Assembly (NCBI GenBank): GCA_004297215.1
Contig: SCUM01000001.1
Span: forward strand, 289,181 to 353,180
DNA length: 64,000 nt
Origin: Patescibacteria group bacterium
GTDB taxonomy: Bacteria; Patescibacteriota; Patescibacteriia; UBA9934; GWF2-40-263
Reading direction: 5' to 3'
Positions 9,957-19,001 of the stretch are shown here, piece after piece. The translations under genes were made by a program, and so were the position numbers. Numbering within the stretch: the first letter of the stretch is position 1; the number at the start of each line of letters is the position of its first letter. The notes beneath the pieces are model-generated. The model did not search any database. It was given only the letters and a program-made list of their open reading frames with translations, and was not told the origin of the DNA.

Positions 9957-11027
9957 TCATTTCGCCATGAGACGCATCAGCCGGTGCGCGATCTTTTCCG
10001 CGACGTCGGTGGGGAGCGCGCGGGCCAGGCGGTCGCCGAGCGCGCGGCGCGCGGGCTCGTCGGCGAGCAGGCCGAGGATCGCCCGTTCGAGGTCGCCGAG
10101 GGTGGCGAGCGGCTGCTGGATCACCTTCGCGGCGCCCGTATCCTCGAGCACGGCGGCGTTGGCCATCTGCAGCGAGCCGTGGATGGGCACCAGCACCGCC
10201 GCCTTGCGCATCGCGGAGAGTTCGCTGATCGTCCCCATCCCGGCGCGGGCGAGCACCACGTCGGCGGCCGCGAGCGCGTCGGCCATGCCTTCGACGAGCA
10301 GCTCGACCGCATGGTAGTGCGCGCCGAACCGCTGGTAGGCGGGCTTCATCTTGCCCGGGCCCGTGATATGGATCACGTTGGCGATCCCCACCAGCTTGGG
10401 CGCCATGTCCATGCACATCTGGTTCAACCACTTGGCGCCTCCTCCCCCGCCGGTCACGAGCAAGGTGGGCAGACGCAGGTCGAGGCCGAAGCGGACGGCC
10501 GCACGGTCCTTGGCGCCGGCACGCACGCAGGCGCGCACGGGGTTGCCCATCAGCTCGGTCTTGCGGCGCGGGAAGGATCCCGCGGTCTGCGGCCAGGCCA
10601 CGGTGACGAGCCGCGCCACGGGGGCGATGAGCCGGTTCGAGAGCAGCGGCCGCACGTCGCTCTGGTGCGTCCACACTGGGATCCCGCGGATGAATGCGGC
10701 ATAGGCCATGGGCACGCCCGTGTATCCGCCGGCGCAGGCCACCAGCGACGGCTTCTCCCGACCGAGCACGAGCCAGGCCGTGACGAACGCTTGGAACGCG
10801 CGGAACGGGAGGGTAAGCCATTCGAGGGATGGATACCGGGTGAAACGCGCCACCGGCAGATGAAGGAATTTCATCCCTTGTTCACGGACGATCGCCCCTT
10901 CCGGGCCTCGTGACGTGCCGACCCACACGAACGAGACGGACGGATCCGTCCGCTTCCATGCCTCGGCCACCGCGATGAGCGGAGTGACCGGACCGAGCGT
11001 GCCGCCGCCGGCGAAAAGGATTTTCAT
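9957..11027 (-). CDS. murG: Undecaprenyldiphospho-muramoylpentapeptide beta-N-acetylglucosaminyltransferase MurG
   Basis: MKILFAGGGTLGPVTPLIAVAEAW N-terminal glycine-rich motif and GT28 architecture. The start is MKIL (11027) or two codons upstream (11033). Confidence 0.85.
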   Translation of the reverse strand: MKILFAGGGTLGPVTPLIAVAEAWKRTDPSVSFVWVGTSRGPEGAIVREQGMKFLHLPVARFTRYPSLEWLTLPFRAFQAFVTAWLVLGREKPSLVACAGGYTGVPMAYAAFIRGIPVWTHQSDVRPLLSNRLIAPVARLVTVAWPQTAGSFPRRKTELMGNPVRACVRAGAKDRAAVRFGLDLRLPTLLVTGGGGGAKWLNQMCMDMAPKLVGIANVIHITGPGKMKPAYQRFGAHYHAVELLVEGMADALAAADVVLARAGMGTISELSAMRKAAVLVPIHGSLQMANAAVLEDTGAAKVIQQPLATLGDLERAILGLLADEPARRALGDRLARALPTDVAEKIAHRLMRLMAK

Positions 11028-11033
11028 AAGCAA

Positions 11034-11111
11034 TATGTAGGATGAAGACTGTAGGAAGTAGGATCGTAAACTCTCGTCTCCGCTTATCCTTCAGTCTACA
11101 TCCTACATCCT
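11034..11111. repeat. Intergenic imperfect palindrome built from ATGTAGGATGAAG / CTTCATCCTACAT motifs (between ftsW and murG)
   Basis: Left arm atgtaggatgaagactgtaggaagtaggat; right arm cttcagtctacatcctacatccttcat. The same motif family occurs at 19002-19076. Confidence 0.6.
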
Positions 11112-12230
11112 TCATCCATTTCCCTTCCTGTACCTCGATATGTTTAACACGACTCCCACCGCGGACAAACTGACGGCCAATGACGTCCCCCCGTAGCTCA
11201 CGAACGGCAACGGGATGCCGGTCATGGGCATGAGCGCGGCCATGGAGCCGATGTTCACCAGGGCCTGGATCGTGAGCCAGGCGCCCACCCCCGAGGCCAC
11301 CAGCTTCCCGAAGCGGTCCGGCGCCTCGTTGGCGATGCGCAAGGTGCGCCACAGCAACGCGATGAATGCCGCGATGAGCAGCGCGCACGCCACGAACCCC
11401 AGCTCCTCGCCGATCACGGCGAAGATGGAATCCCCGGCCACCTCGGGCAGGTATTGGAACTTCTGGCGGCTGTGGCCGTATCCCACGCCGAGGAACCCGC
11501 CGGAGCCGATGGCGAGCAGCGCCTGGTTGATGTGGTACCCGACCCCTTGGGGATCCAGCTCCGGATTGAGGAAGGTCATGAACCGCGCGGCGCGATACGG
11601 GGCGAAGCCGATGAGGGCCGCGAGGCCCAGCACCCCCGTGCTGATGAGCGCGAGCACGTAGGCGATGGGCGCGCCGGCGAGGAAGTACACCACGAGCGAC
11701 ATGGCGACGATGATCACCATGGTGCCGACGTCCGGCTGCAGGATGAGCAGCCCGATCACCGCCCCGAGCACGGCCACGAACGGGAGGAAATCCGCGGACA
11801 TGTCCCTCCCCCCCCGTTCCCCGCGCTTCTCGAGCCAGCCGGCCAGATAGAAAAGGAAGGTCAGCTTCACGAACTCGGACGGCTGCACCGTGAACCAGCC
11901 GCCCACGTTGATCCAGCTGTGCGCGGTGCCGATCCCGGCCGAAAGCCCCGGCAGGAACACGAGCATGAGCAGGGCGATCGAGACGAGCAGCAGGTTCCAG
12001 GCGTTCTTCTTCCACACCGCATACGGGGTCCGCGAAAAGAACAGGAGCCCGGCGATCCCGGGGATGAGCCCGAACACCACCTGGTGCTTGAGGAAATAAT
12101 AGCTGTCGCCGAACCGGTCATACCCGTCGGGCGCCGAGGCGCTCGCAAGCATGAGCAGGCCGAACGTGACCAGCCCGCCGACAAGGGCGAGGTAGGCGTA
12201 GTCCATCGGTTTGGCGTCGCCGGCGCGCAT
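11112..12230 (-). CDS. ftsW: Peptidoglycan glycosyltransferase FtsW/RodA (SEDS family)
   Basis: 10-TM SEDS architecture with the conserved loop motifs. The start is 12230 (MRAGD) or 12206 (MDYAYL). Confidence 0.85.
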   Translation of the reverse strand: MRAGDAKPMDYAYLALVGGLVTFGLLMLASASAPDGYDRFGDSYYFLKHQVVFGLIPGIAGLLFFSRTPYAVWKKNAWNLLLVSIALLMLVFLPGLSAGIGTAHSWINVGGWFTVQPSEFVKLTFLFYLAGWLEKRGERGGRDMSADFLPFVAVLGAVIGLLILQPDVGTMVIIVAMSLVVYFLAGAPIAYVLALISTGVLGLAALIGFAPYRAARFMTFLNPELDPQGVGYHINQALLAIGSGGFLGVGYGHSRQKFQYLPEVAGDSIFAVIGEELGFVACALLIAAFIALLWRTLRIANEAPDRFGKLVASGVGAWLTIQALVNIGSMAALMPMTGIPLPFVSYGGTSLAVSLSAVGVVLNISRYRKGNG

Positions 12231-12233
12231 GCG

Positions 12234-13280
12234 TCAGCGCAGGGCGTCCAGGAGCGCGAGCGACACCCCGAGCGCGGAGGACACCATGGACACCACCCAC
12301 AGGCGCATCACGATCTGCGGTTCGCTCCAGCCGATCGCCTCCAGATGGTGGTGGAACGGCGCGCTCTTCAGCAGCTTGCGCTTGAACAGCATGCGCCAGG
12401 CGAGCTGGAGCAGCACCGAGGCGGATTCGAGCACGAACACGATCCCGATCACCGGAAGCAGCAAGGCGGAGTTGGTGAGCATCGCCACGACCCCGAGGGT
12501 GACGCCGAGCCCCATCGCCCCGGTATCCCCCATGAACATGCGCGCCGGGGTGATGTTGAACCAGAGGAACGCGAGCAGCGCGCCGATGATCGCCCCGCAG
12601 AACGCGGCCAGGTCGTATTTCCCCTGCGCGAACGCGATCACCGCGAACGCGCCGAACGACATGAGCAGCGACCCGCCCGCGAGGCCGTCCAGACCGTCCG
12701 TCTCATTCACCGAGAACGCGGTCGAGACGATCACGAGGATGAAGAACGGCACGTACCACAGCCCCAAGTTGAAATCGCCGACGAACGGCACATGGAGCAG
12801 GTCCCAATCCAGCTTCGTGTAAAACCACCAGGCGCCGACCGCCGCGATGAGGGTATAGACGAGAAGGCGATGGCGCGCGCGCAATCCCCCGCCGTGCGCC
12901 CCGAGGCGTTTGACGTTGAGCCAGTCGTCGGCCAGTCCCACCAAGGCGGAAGCCACGAGCACGCCCAAGGGAAGAAGCGTTTCTGACCGCGAAATGAACG
13001 CCAAGCCGTCCTGAAACGGAAGCTGCGTATCGAAGAGGTTGAGAAGGCCGGCAAGAACCAGCACGGTCCCCCACACGAGCACGCCGCCCATGGTAGGCGT
13101 ACCGGCTTTCTTCGCGTGGAGCTTGGCATACACCGGCGCCTCGTCGCTCGAACGGATCGTCTTCGCCATGCCCGAACGCGTGAGCAGGCGGATGAGGGCG
13201 GGAGCCCACGCGAACGCGGCCGCGAACGAAAGCGCGGCAAGCAGGAGCACCCGGGTGATGGCGAAGGATTCAAGAGGCAT
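12234..13280 (-). CDS. mraY: Phospho-N-acetylmuramoyl-pentapeptide transferase MraY
   Basis: Polyprenyl-phosphate sugar transferase motifs (DDxxN, LGDTGAMGLG-like GDTGAMG). The real start is MPLESFAITRV at 13280. The long GC-rich N-terminal extension in the ORF track is rejected. Confidence 0.85.
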   Translation of the reverse strand: MPLESFAITRVLLLAALSFAAAFAWAPALIRLLTRSGMAKTIRSSDEAPVYAKLHAKKAGTPTMGGVLVWGTVLVLAGLLNLFDTQLPFQDGLAFISRSETLLPLGVLVASALVGLADDWLNVKRLGAHGGGLRARHRLLVYTLIAAVGAWWFYTKLDWDLLHVPFVGDFNLGLWYVPFFILVIVSTAFSVNETDGLDGLAGGSLLMSFGAFAVIAFAQGKYDLAAFCGAIIGALLAFLWFNITPARMFMGDTGAMGLGVTLGVVAMLTNSALLLPVIGIVFVLESASVLLQLAWRMLFKRKLLKSAPFHHHLEAIGWSEPQIVMRLWVVSMVSSALGVSLALLDALR

Positions 13281-13282
13281 GC

Positions 13283-13678
13283 CTACAGGTTCAACAGCAC
13301 CGTGAGCACCATGGCCACGCACAGCATCCCTTCGGCGAAGACGGTCGCGACGGCGAAAAAGGTGGAAAGCATCCGTTCGCGGCGGTAGAAGACGGCTTGG
13401 AACACCGTGTTCACCACGAGGAGCGTGGCTCCGAGCACGCCGGGGATGAACGCGTAATACCACGGCCCGAACCGGTCGATCCCGATGTAGACGTTGTAAT
13501 GCAGCGGGATGAACGGTTCGCTCACGCGCATCGGGACGATCTTCCAGGCCGGCAGCGCGAGGGTCGCCGCCACGAGGAGCACGGAGGCGATCATCGTGCG
13601 ACGGTATACGGATGACGAACGCACGAGGTCGGCGAACGACCCGGCGATGCGCGTGAGGAAGAGCCTGAGGCGAGGCAT
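13283..13678 (-). CDS. Hypothetical 4-TM membrane protein
   Basis: 131 aa, hydrophobic, sitting between the nifU-like gene and mraY. The MPRLRL start lies just downstream of the nifU stop. Confidence 0.45.
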   Translation of the reverse strand: MPRLRLFLTRIAGSFADLVRSSSVYRRTMIASVLLVAATLALPAWKIVPMRVSEPFIPLHYNVYIGIDRFGPWYYAFIPGVLGATLLVVNTVFQAVFYRRERMLSTFFAVATVFAEGMLCVAMVLTVLLNL

Positions 13679-13682
13679 GCGG

Positions 13683-13913
13683 TTATCCGTCAATGGCGAT
13701 CACCTCGCGCACCTCCGGGACGGCGTCCATGAGCGCGGCCTCCACCCCCATCTTGAGGGTGATGGCGGACATGGGGCAGCCCACGCATGCCCCCTGCAAA
13801 CGCACCTTCACGATGCCCGTCGCGAGGTCGCAATCCACGAACGAAATGTCGCCCCCGTGCATGGCAAGGGAGGGACGGATGTCCGCGAGGACGGCTTCGA
13901 CGCGTTCGCGCAT
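13683..13913 (-). CDS. NifU-like Fe-S cluster assembly domain protein (Nfu-type)
   Basis: CVGCPMS...TLK NifU C-terminal-domain motif (CxxC) and MRERVEAVLADIRPSL; 76 aa. Confidence 0.75.
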   Translation of the reverse strand: MRERVEAVLADIRPSLAMHGGDISFVDCDLATGIVKVRLQGACVGCPMSAITLKMGVEAALMDAVPEVREVIAIDG

Positions 13914-13970
13914 AGGTGTTGAAAGCGTATCAAAATATCGTCGTCTTTGCGAGGAGGCACTGCTTTCAAG

Positions 13971-14006
13971 GCCGACGAAGCAACCTCCCGGGAGGTTGCT
14001 TCGTCG
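13971..14006. promoter_or_regulatory. 36-bp perfect palindrome CCGACGAAGCAACCTCCCGGGAGGTTGCTTCGTCGG upstream of the nifU-like gene
   Basis: Read directly from the sequence: 16-bp arms around a CCGG centre. It could be an operator or a strong hairpin. Confidence 0.5.
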
Positions 14007-14027
14007 GCGGAGGCCTCCTCGCAAAGA

Positions 14028-14054
14028 CAAAAGCGGGGGGACTCCCCGCCTTTT
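14028..14054 (-). terminator. Bidirectional rho-independent terminator downstream of rpmA
   Basis: AAAA-GCGGGG-GGACT-CCCCGC-TTTT. Confidence 0.6.
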
Positions 14055-14057
14055 ATA

Positions 14058-14342
14058 TCACTTCGTTTCGGGCAACACGTGGCAGAACGTGCAGACCTTG
14101 AGCTTCCCGGTGAAGTTCGGCATCTGCTTCTTGGTGAACTTCACCTTGCCGGCGGCCTTTGCGTAGAGCGTGTCGTCGCCGCCCTTGGTGACGTTCTTCC
14201 CCGCGCGGATGGGGGTGCCGCGCTGGCGCACGAGGATCTGCCCCGCGCCGGCCTTCTCCCCGTCGCCGATCTTCACGCCAAGGCGCTGGCCATGGGAATC
14301 ACGGCCAAGGGTGGTGGAACCGGCGGCTTTCTTATGGGCCAT
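14058..14342 (-). CDS. rpmA: 50S ribosomal protein L27
   Basis: [24 protein letters not shown]...VRQRGT...GKN, the canonical L27 N-terminus. Confidence 0.9.
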   Translation of the reverse strand: MAHKKAAGSTTLGRDSHGQRLGVKIGDGEKAGAGQILVRQRGTPIRAGKNVTKGGDDTLYAKAAGKVKFTKKQMPNFTGKLKVCTFCHVLPETK

Positions 14343-14392
14343 ATCGGGGATGAGTCAAGTTGGCGGAAGTATAAGAAAAGACGGGGAAAGCG

Positions 14393-15604
14393 TCAAGCCC
14401 GCTTCACTTCGAAGACGAAACTCTTCAGATAGGCGGATTCCGGGAAATAGACGGACATCGGGTGGTCGGCGCTTTGGCGGACGGAGGCGAGGGTGTGCAG
14501 GTGCACGCCGGCTTGGACAGATGCGCGTCGGAGCGTGAACGCAAGGTCGGCTTCGGGGAAGAAGTGGGAGCAGCTGGACGTGACGAAGGTGCCGCCGTCC
14601 TTCACCAGCTTCATCGCGGCGCGATTGATGAAGTGATACGCCTTGGCTCCGGCTTCGACGTCCTTCTGCCCCTTGATGATGGCCGGCGGGTCGACGATGA
14701 CCATGTCGTATTCGCCCTGGGCGCCCGCAAGCCATTGGAAGATGTCGGTCTGTTCGGTCGTGAACGTTTCGGGTCGTATGCCGTTGAGCTTCGCGTTCTG
14801 CGCGCACAGTTCGAGCGCGCGCGGCGACTCGTCCACGTTATGCACGCGCGCGGCTCCTCCGGCCATGGCGTAGACGCCGGTCGCCCCGGTGTAGGAGAAA
14901 AGGTTGAGCACCGACGCGCCCTTGGCGAAATGACGGACGCGCTCGCGCAGGTCCTTCTGGTCGCAGAAGAACCCGGTCTTCTGCCCGTCGATCGCGTCGG
15001 CCACGAACGTCAGGCCGTTCTCGGTGAACGGGACGGGGGCGGCGACCTTACCAACGCGCACGCCTGCGGAAAGCGCGAGCATCTCATCCTTTCGCCCGCT
15101 CATGTCGCTGCGCTCGACCACGTTCTCGACGCCGAGCGCCGAGACGATGGCCGCCACGATGTCCTCGCGTAGGCCGTCGAGCGCGGCGGTCGCGATCTGG
15201 AACACGGCCGTGTCGCCGTACCGGTCCACCACGAGGCCCGGCAGCCCGTCGGATTCGCCGAAGCAAACGCGGAATCCGGTCGTAGCCGTCCCGGGGCCAT
15301 ATCCCATCCGTACGCGACGTTCATGGGCTTTCCGCAGCCGCGTCTCGATGAACGCCCGGTCGATGGTCGCCTCGCCCGGCGCGAACACGCGCACGGCGAT
15401 GGAGCCCTGGCGCGAGAACGAACCAGTGGCGATCACCTCGCCCTTCCGGTCGGCCACGTGCACGAACGCGCCGTGCGGCACCGACTCAAATGCCCCCTGC
15501 CCTGAGCCTGTCGAAGGGTCGAACGCGCCCGAAAACACCCAAGGGTGCCCGTAGGCGACCGATGCCTCCTTTCCTGCCTTGAGCTTGAGCGTGGGGTAAG
15601 ACAT
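14393..15604 (-). CDS. rlmI: RlmI/RlmK-family 23S rRNA (m5C) methyltransferase (PUA plus class I MTase)
   Basis: GHPWVF hallmark, N-terminal PUA-like domain, and a C-terminal SAM-MTase with the DPPA motif (MVIVDPPA). Confidence 0.75.
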   Translation of the reverse strand: MSYPTLKLKAGKEASVAYGHPWVFSGAFDPSTGSGQGAFESVPHGAFVHVADRKGEVIATGSFSRQGSIAVRVFAPGEATIDRAFIETRLRKAHERRVRMGYGPGTATTGFRVCFGESDGLPGLVVDRYGDTAVFQIATAALDGLREDIVAAIVSALGVENVVERSDMSGRKDEMLALSAGVRVGKVAAPVPFTENGLTFVADAIDGQKTGFFCDQKDLRERVRHFAKGASVLNLFSYTGATGVYAMAGGAARVHNVDESPRALELCAQNAKLNGIRPETFTTEQTDIFQWLAGAQGEYDMVIVDPPAIIKGQKDVEAGAKAYHFINRAAMKLVKDGGTFVTSSCSHFFPEADLAFTLRRASVQAGVHLHTLASVRQSADHPMSVYFPESAYLKSFVFEVKRA

Positions 15605-15709
15605 ATGCGTGTAGCGAAGGGATTACGAGAGGTAAGGGATGAGCGTAACAGAAAATGGGCTTCCGAACCAGGGGCACGGCACTCCTATGATTCATAGGTG
15701 ATTCATGGG

Positions 15710-15738
15710 TTGACCGACGGCCTTTTCCGTCATATATA
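15710..15738 (+). promoter_or_regulatory. Sigma70-type promoter TTGACC-N17-TATATA upstream of the sigma-factor gene
   Basis: -35 at 15710-15715 and -10 at 15733-15738, with a 17-nt spacer. Confidence 0.5.
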
Positions 15739-15772
15739 TGCACGGGCACATTCACAATCGAACGAGGTTGGC

Positions 15773-17350
15773 ATGCCTGAAAGGAAACGGCGACGGGATC
15801 GGATGCGGATCCCAAAAAAACACCTCCTACTCAAGGCGGAAGTGCGGGAGGACTATCACGGCTTTACCGAGTATGTCACGGCCATCCGCCCGTTCGTCCG
15901 CCGGCTCGCGGAACAAGAGCTCGAGGCGGCCATCGAACGTCATCGTCGCCAAGATCCGTCTGGCCGTCCCGCCATCGTGTACGACCAGCTCCCCCACGTG
16001 ATCTGGGTGGCCATGCGCAGAAACGCGCATGAGATGCACCTGATCGATAAGATCCAAGAAGGGATCATCGGCGTCCTGACCGGACTCGAAGGCTATGATC
16101 CGGAGCAGCGGACGAGATTCGGAAACTTCATCCGTGTATGCATCCGGTATGCCATCGACCAGGCAGCCATCACGATGGACGAACGACGCCCGTATCGGAT
16201 TCCTTACTCCGCATACAAGAAAATCTGGCCGGTGCGACGCGCGATCTACGCGCTGACCAAAGATGGAGGCTCCTACCCCACGAATGAGGAAATCTGGCTC
16301 TATCTGTCCAAGGACGAACAACAGCGCCCACACCAAAAAGGAGCCGGGGATCGGGAACTGACCCTGGCGGAGGTGACGCTCGCCCATCGGCTGATTTACG
16401 GGAAAAACATCAGCTGGCATGCGCCCGCCCTTCCTGTGGCAGGAAGCGGCACGACTATCGAGAACCTGATCCCTGCGGACGCAGACACGTCCAGGCTCGC
16501 CGAAAGCATGGATACGGCCGAAGAGTTGGCCGAATTCATGATAAGCGTACGCCAGGTGACGGCACGCATGCCGTGGAAACACCAAGGCGTTGCCAGGCTG
16601 CGGCTGGGCATCGAGACGCCCGAACCGCTGACGCTCGAGGAGATCGCCATGCGCTTCGGTGTCACGAAGCAGGCGAAAAGCCTCATCGTGAAAAACATCG
16701 ACGGACGTCTCGCAGAACGCGGTTGGAGCCTCGACCTCCTCCGAGGACTGGTCGAACGGCTTGAGTCCATAAAAGAATGCCTGGAGGGATGCCCGATCGG
16801 CCTCCCGGATGCGATCGAGTTGTTTCCAGCGCCGCTTGAACGCCCGCTCCTCGATCATCCCATCGTCTCTGACGGCAAGCGGATCGCGGACATCCTTGCT
16901 GAACACGGACGGGAAGACGCACGAGGACTCCTCGTCCCCGCGGCCTTCCGCATCATTGCCGTCCGTTTGCGGCTAACGCCGACGGAAGCAAAGGCGGCAA
17001 TCGCGTCGGCACAGACCGCGGGCATAGTGACGATCATGCCCGAGGGCGCGGTCCTTATGCCGAGCACAAAGAAACCCGTGCCGTTGCGGAGGGAATTGCG
17101 TCCCTTCGATGTGAAAGATTCCGTACGAGCCGATAGGCGCGGCTTGATTCAATGGGACGAGGCTACCTGGGGGACGATACGCGTGCTTGCGCAGCGGGCA
17201 GGAGTCTCTTATCACACGCTCAAGGCGCGGTTCGCCGACGCATTGAATATCAGACGGTTGGAAGCACGTGATGCTGGAGGCAAACCACAGACCTTCTTCA
17301 AGGAATCCGACGCCAAACGCCTCTTGCTGGAGCACTCGTCTCGCGGCTAA
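15773..17350 (+). CDS. Sigma-70 family RNA polymerase sigma factor (regions 2, 3 and 4) with a ~200-aa C-terminal extension
   Basis: Region 2: HLIDKIQEGIIGVLTGLEGYDPEQRTRFGNFIRVCIRYAIDQAA...DERRPYRIP, which aligns with sigma70 LIQEGNIGLMKAVDKF...IR.P. Region 4.2: TLEEIAMRFGVTKQAKSLIVKNIDGRLAER. The start is assumed to be MPERK (15773). The ORF also opens at GTG 15698. Confidence 0.65.
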   Translation: MPERKRRRDRMRIPKKHLLLKAEVREDYHGFTEYVTAIRPFVRRLAEQELEAAIERHRRQDPSGRPAIVYDQLPHVIWVAMRRNAHEMHLIDKIQEGIIGVLTGLEGYDPEQRTRFGNFIRVCIRYAIDQAAITMDERRPYRIPYSAYKKIWPVRRAIYALTKDGGSYPTNEEIWLYLSKDEQQRPHQKGAGDRELTLAEVTLAHRLIYGKNISWHAPALPVAGSGTTIENLIPADADTSRLAESMDTAEELAEFMISVRQVTARMPWKHQGVARLRLGIETPEPLTLEEIAMRFGVTKQAKSLIVKNIDGRLAERGWSLDLLRGLVERLESIKECLEGCPIGLPDAIELFPAPLERPLLDHPIVSDGKRIADILAEHGREDARGLLVPAAFRIIAVRLRLTPTEAKAAIASAQTAGIVTIMPEGAVLMPSTKKPVPLRRELRPFDVKDSVRADRRGLIQWDEATWGTIRVLAQRAGVSYHTLKARFADALNIRRLEARDAGGKPQTFFKESDAKRLLLEHSSRG

Positions 17351-17374
17351 AGGAACGGATCCGACGATCGCGCA

Positions 17375-17403
17375 CTAGCCCTCAAAAGGGCTAGTTTTTC
17401 TTT
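17375..17403 (+). terminator. Rho-independent terminator after the sigma-factor gene (overlaps the pyrG stop)
   Basis: CTAGCCC-TCAAAA-GGGCTAG followed by TTTTTCTTT. Confidence 0.6.
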
Positions 17404-19001
17404 GCCGCGTCCACGAACGCCTGGAACAATGGGTGGGGCTTGAGCGGGGAGCTCTGGAACTCGGGGTGGAACTGGACGCCGACGAAAAACGGGTGGTCCT
17501 TGAGCTCGATGATTTCCACAAGGGCCCCGTCCGGGCTGGTGCCGGCCACCGTGAGCCCGCACGTGGCGAGCTTCTCGCGATACTCGTTGTTGAACTCGTA
17601 GCGGTGGCGGTGGCGTTCCGAGATCGTGTCCGTGCCGTACGCCGCGCGGCTCTTGGTGCCGGGCAGGAGCGCGCAGTCCCACGAGCCCAGGCGCATGGAG
17701 CCGCCGTACTCGCGCTTGAGCATCTTCTTGGCCTGGTCCGGCATCACGTGGATGACGGGCGATTTCGTGTCCGCGGCCACCTCGGTGGTGTGCGCGTCCG
17801 CGATTCCGCACACGTTGCGCGCGAACTCCACGGCGGCAAGCTGCATCCCGTAGCACAATCCGAGGTACGGCACCTTGTTTTCCCGGGCGAAGCGCACGGC
17901 CGCGATCATCCCTTCCACCCCGCGCGTGCCGAACCCGCCCGGCACCACGATGCCGTCGTAGCCCTTGAGCACCGCGTCGGCGCCCAGCTTCTCGATGTCC
18001 CCGGCGTCCACCCAGGTGAGGCGCGGCTGGCGGTGCGTGGCCCAGACCGCGTGCTTCACGGCCTCGATCACGGAAATGTACACGTCCGAAAGCACGAACC
18101 CGCCCGTGGCGAAATATTTCCCGACCATCGCGATATTCAGGGTTTCCGTGTCCGCGCCAATGCGGTCGTTCACCTCCTGCCAACGCGCGAGGTCGACCGG
18201 CTTGTCGGGCAATCCGAGCTGCCCGAGCACCAGGGAGCCGAACCGCTGGTCCTCCAGGATGAGCGGAATCTCGTAGATGCTGCCGACGTCCGGCGCGGCG
18301 ATCACCCGCTCCTTGGGCACGTTGCAGAATAGGGCGATGCGCTCCTTGCGCTTGTCGTCCATCGGGAGGGTGGAGCGGCCCACCACGAACTCGGGCTGGA
18401 TCCCCATCGCGTTCAGCATGCGCACGCTCTGCTGCACGGGCTTGGTCTTCATCTCGCCGAGGTTGCCCGGCACCGGCAGGTACGCCACGTGCACGTGGAT
18501 CACGTCCTCTGGCCTGTGCATCTTCATGATGCGAGCGGCCTCGAAGAAGATCCCGTTCTGGTACTCGCCCACGGTCCCGCCCAGCTCGATCACGCACACG
18601 TCCGAGCCGTTCGCGCCCAGCTCGAACCGGCGGATGATCTCGTCGGTGACGTGCGGGATCGCCTCCACGTCCTCCCCTTCGTACTCGAACGCGCGCTCGC
18701 GGCGCAGCACTTCGGCGTATACCTGGCCGGTGGTGAGATAGTTCACGCGCTTGAGCGGCCGGCCCAGGAACCGCTCGTAGTTGCCCAGGTCCTGGTCGCA
18801 CTCAAGCCCGTCAGAGGTGACGAACACCTCGCCGTGCTCGCTCGGGCGGATCGTCCCCGCGTCCTGGTTCAGGTACATGTCCACCTTCATGGCGGACACG
18901 CGGTAGCCGCGCGCCTCAAGGAGCGCCCCAAGGGAGGCGGTGGTGATCCCTTTTCCGAGCCCGGAAATCACCCCGCCTGATACGAATACGAATTTGGACA
19001 T
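17391..19001 (-). CDS. pyrG: CTP synthase
   Basis: MSKFVFVSGGVISGLGKGITTAS N-terminus and a C-terminal glutamine amidotransferase domain (GLCYGMQ); 536 aa. Confidence 0.95.
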   Translation of the reverse strand: MSKFVFVSGGVISGLGKGITTASLGALLEARGYRVSAMKVDMYLNQDAGTIRPSEHGEVFVTSDGLECDQDLGNYERFLGRPLKRVNYLTTGQVYAEVLRRERAFEYEGEDVEAIPHVTDEIIRRFELGANGSDVCVIELGGTVGEYQNGIFFEAARIMKMHRPEDVIHVHVAYLPVPGNLGEMKTKPVQQSVRMLNAMGIQPEFVVGRSTLPMDDKRKERIALFCNVPKERVIAAPDVGSIYEIPLILEDQRFGSLVLGQLGLPDKPVDLARWQEVNDRIGADTETLNIAMVGKYFATGGFVLSDVYISVIEAVKHAVWATHRQPRLTWVDAGDIEKLGADAVLKGYDGIVVPGGFGTRGVEGMIAAVRFARENKVPYLGLCYGMQLAAVEFARNVCGIADAHTTEVAADTKSPVIHVMPDQAKKMLKREYGGSMRLGSWDCALLPGTKSRAAYGTDTISERHRHRYEFNNEYREKLATCGLTVAGTSPDGALVEIIELKDHPFFVGVQFHPEFQSSPLKPHPLFQAFVDAAKKN

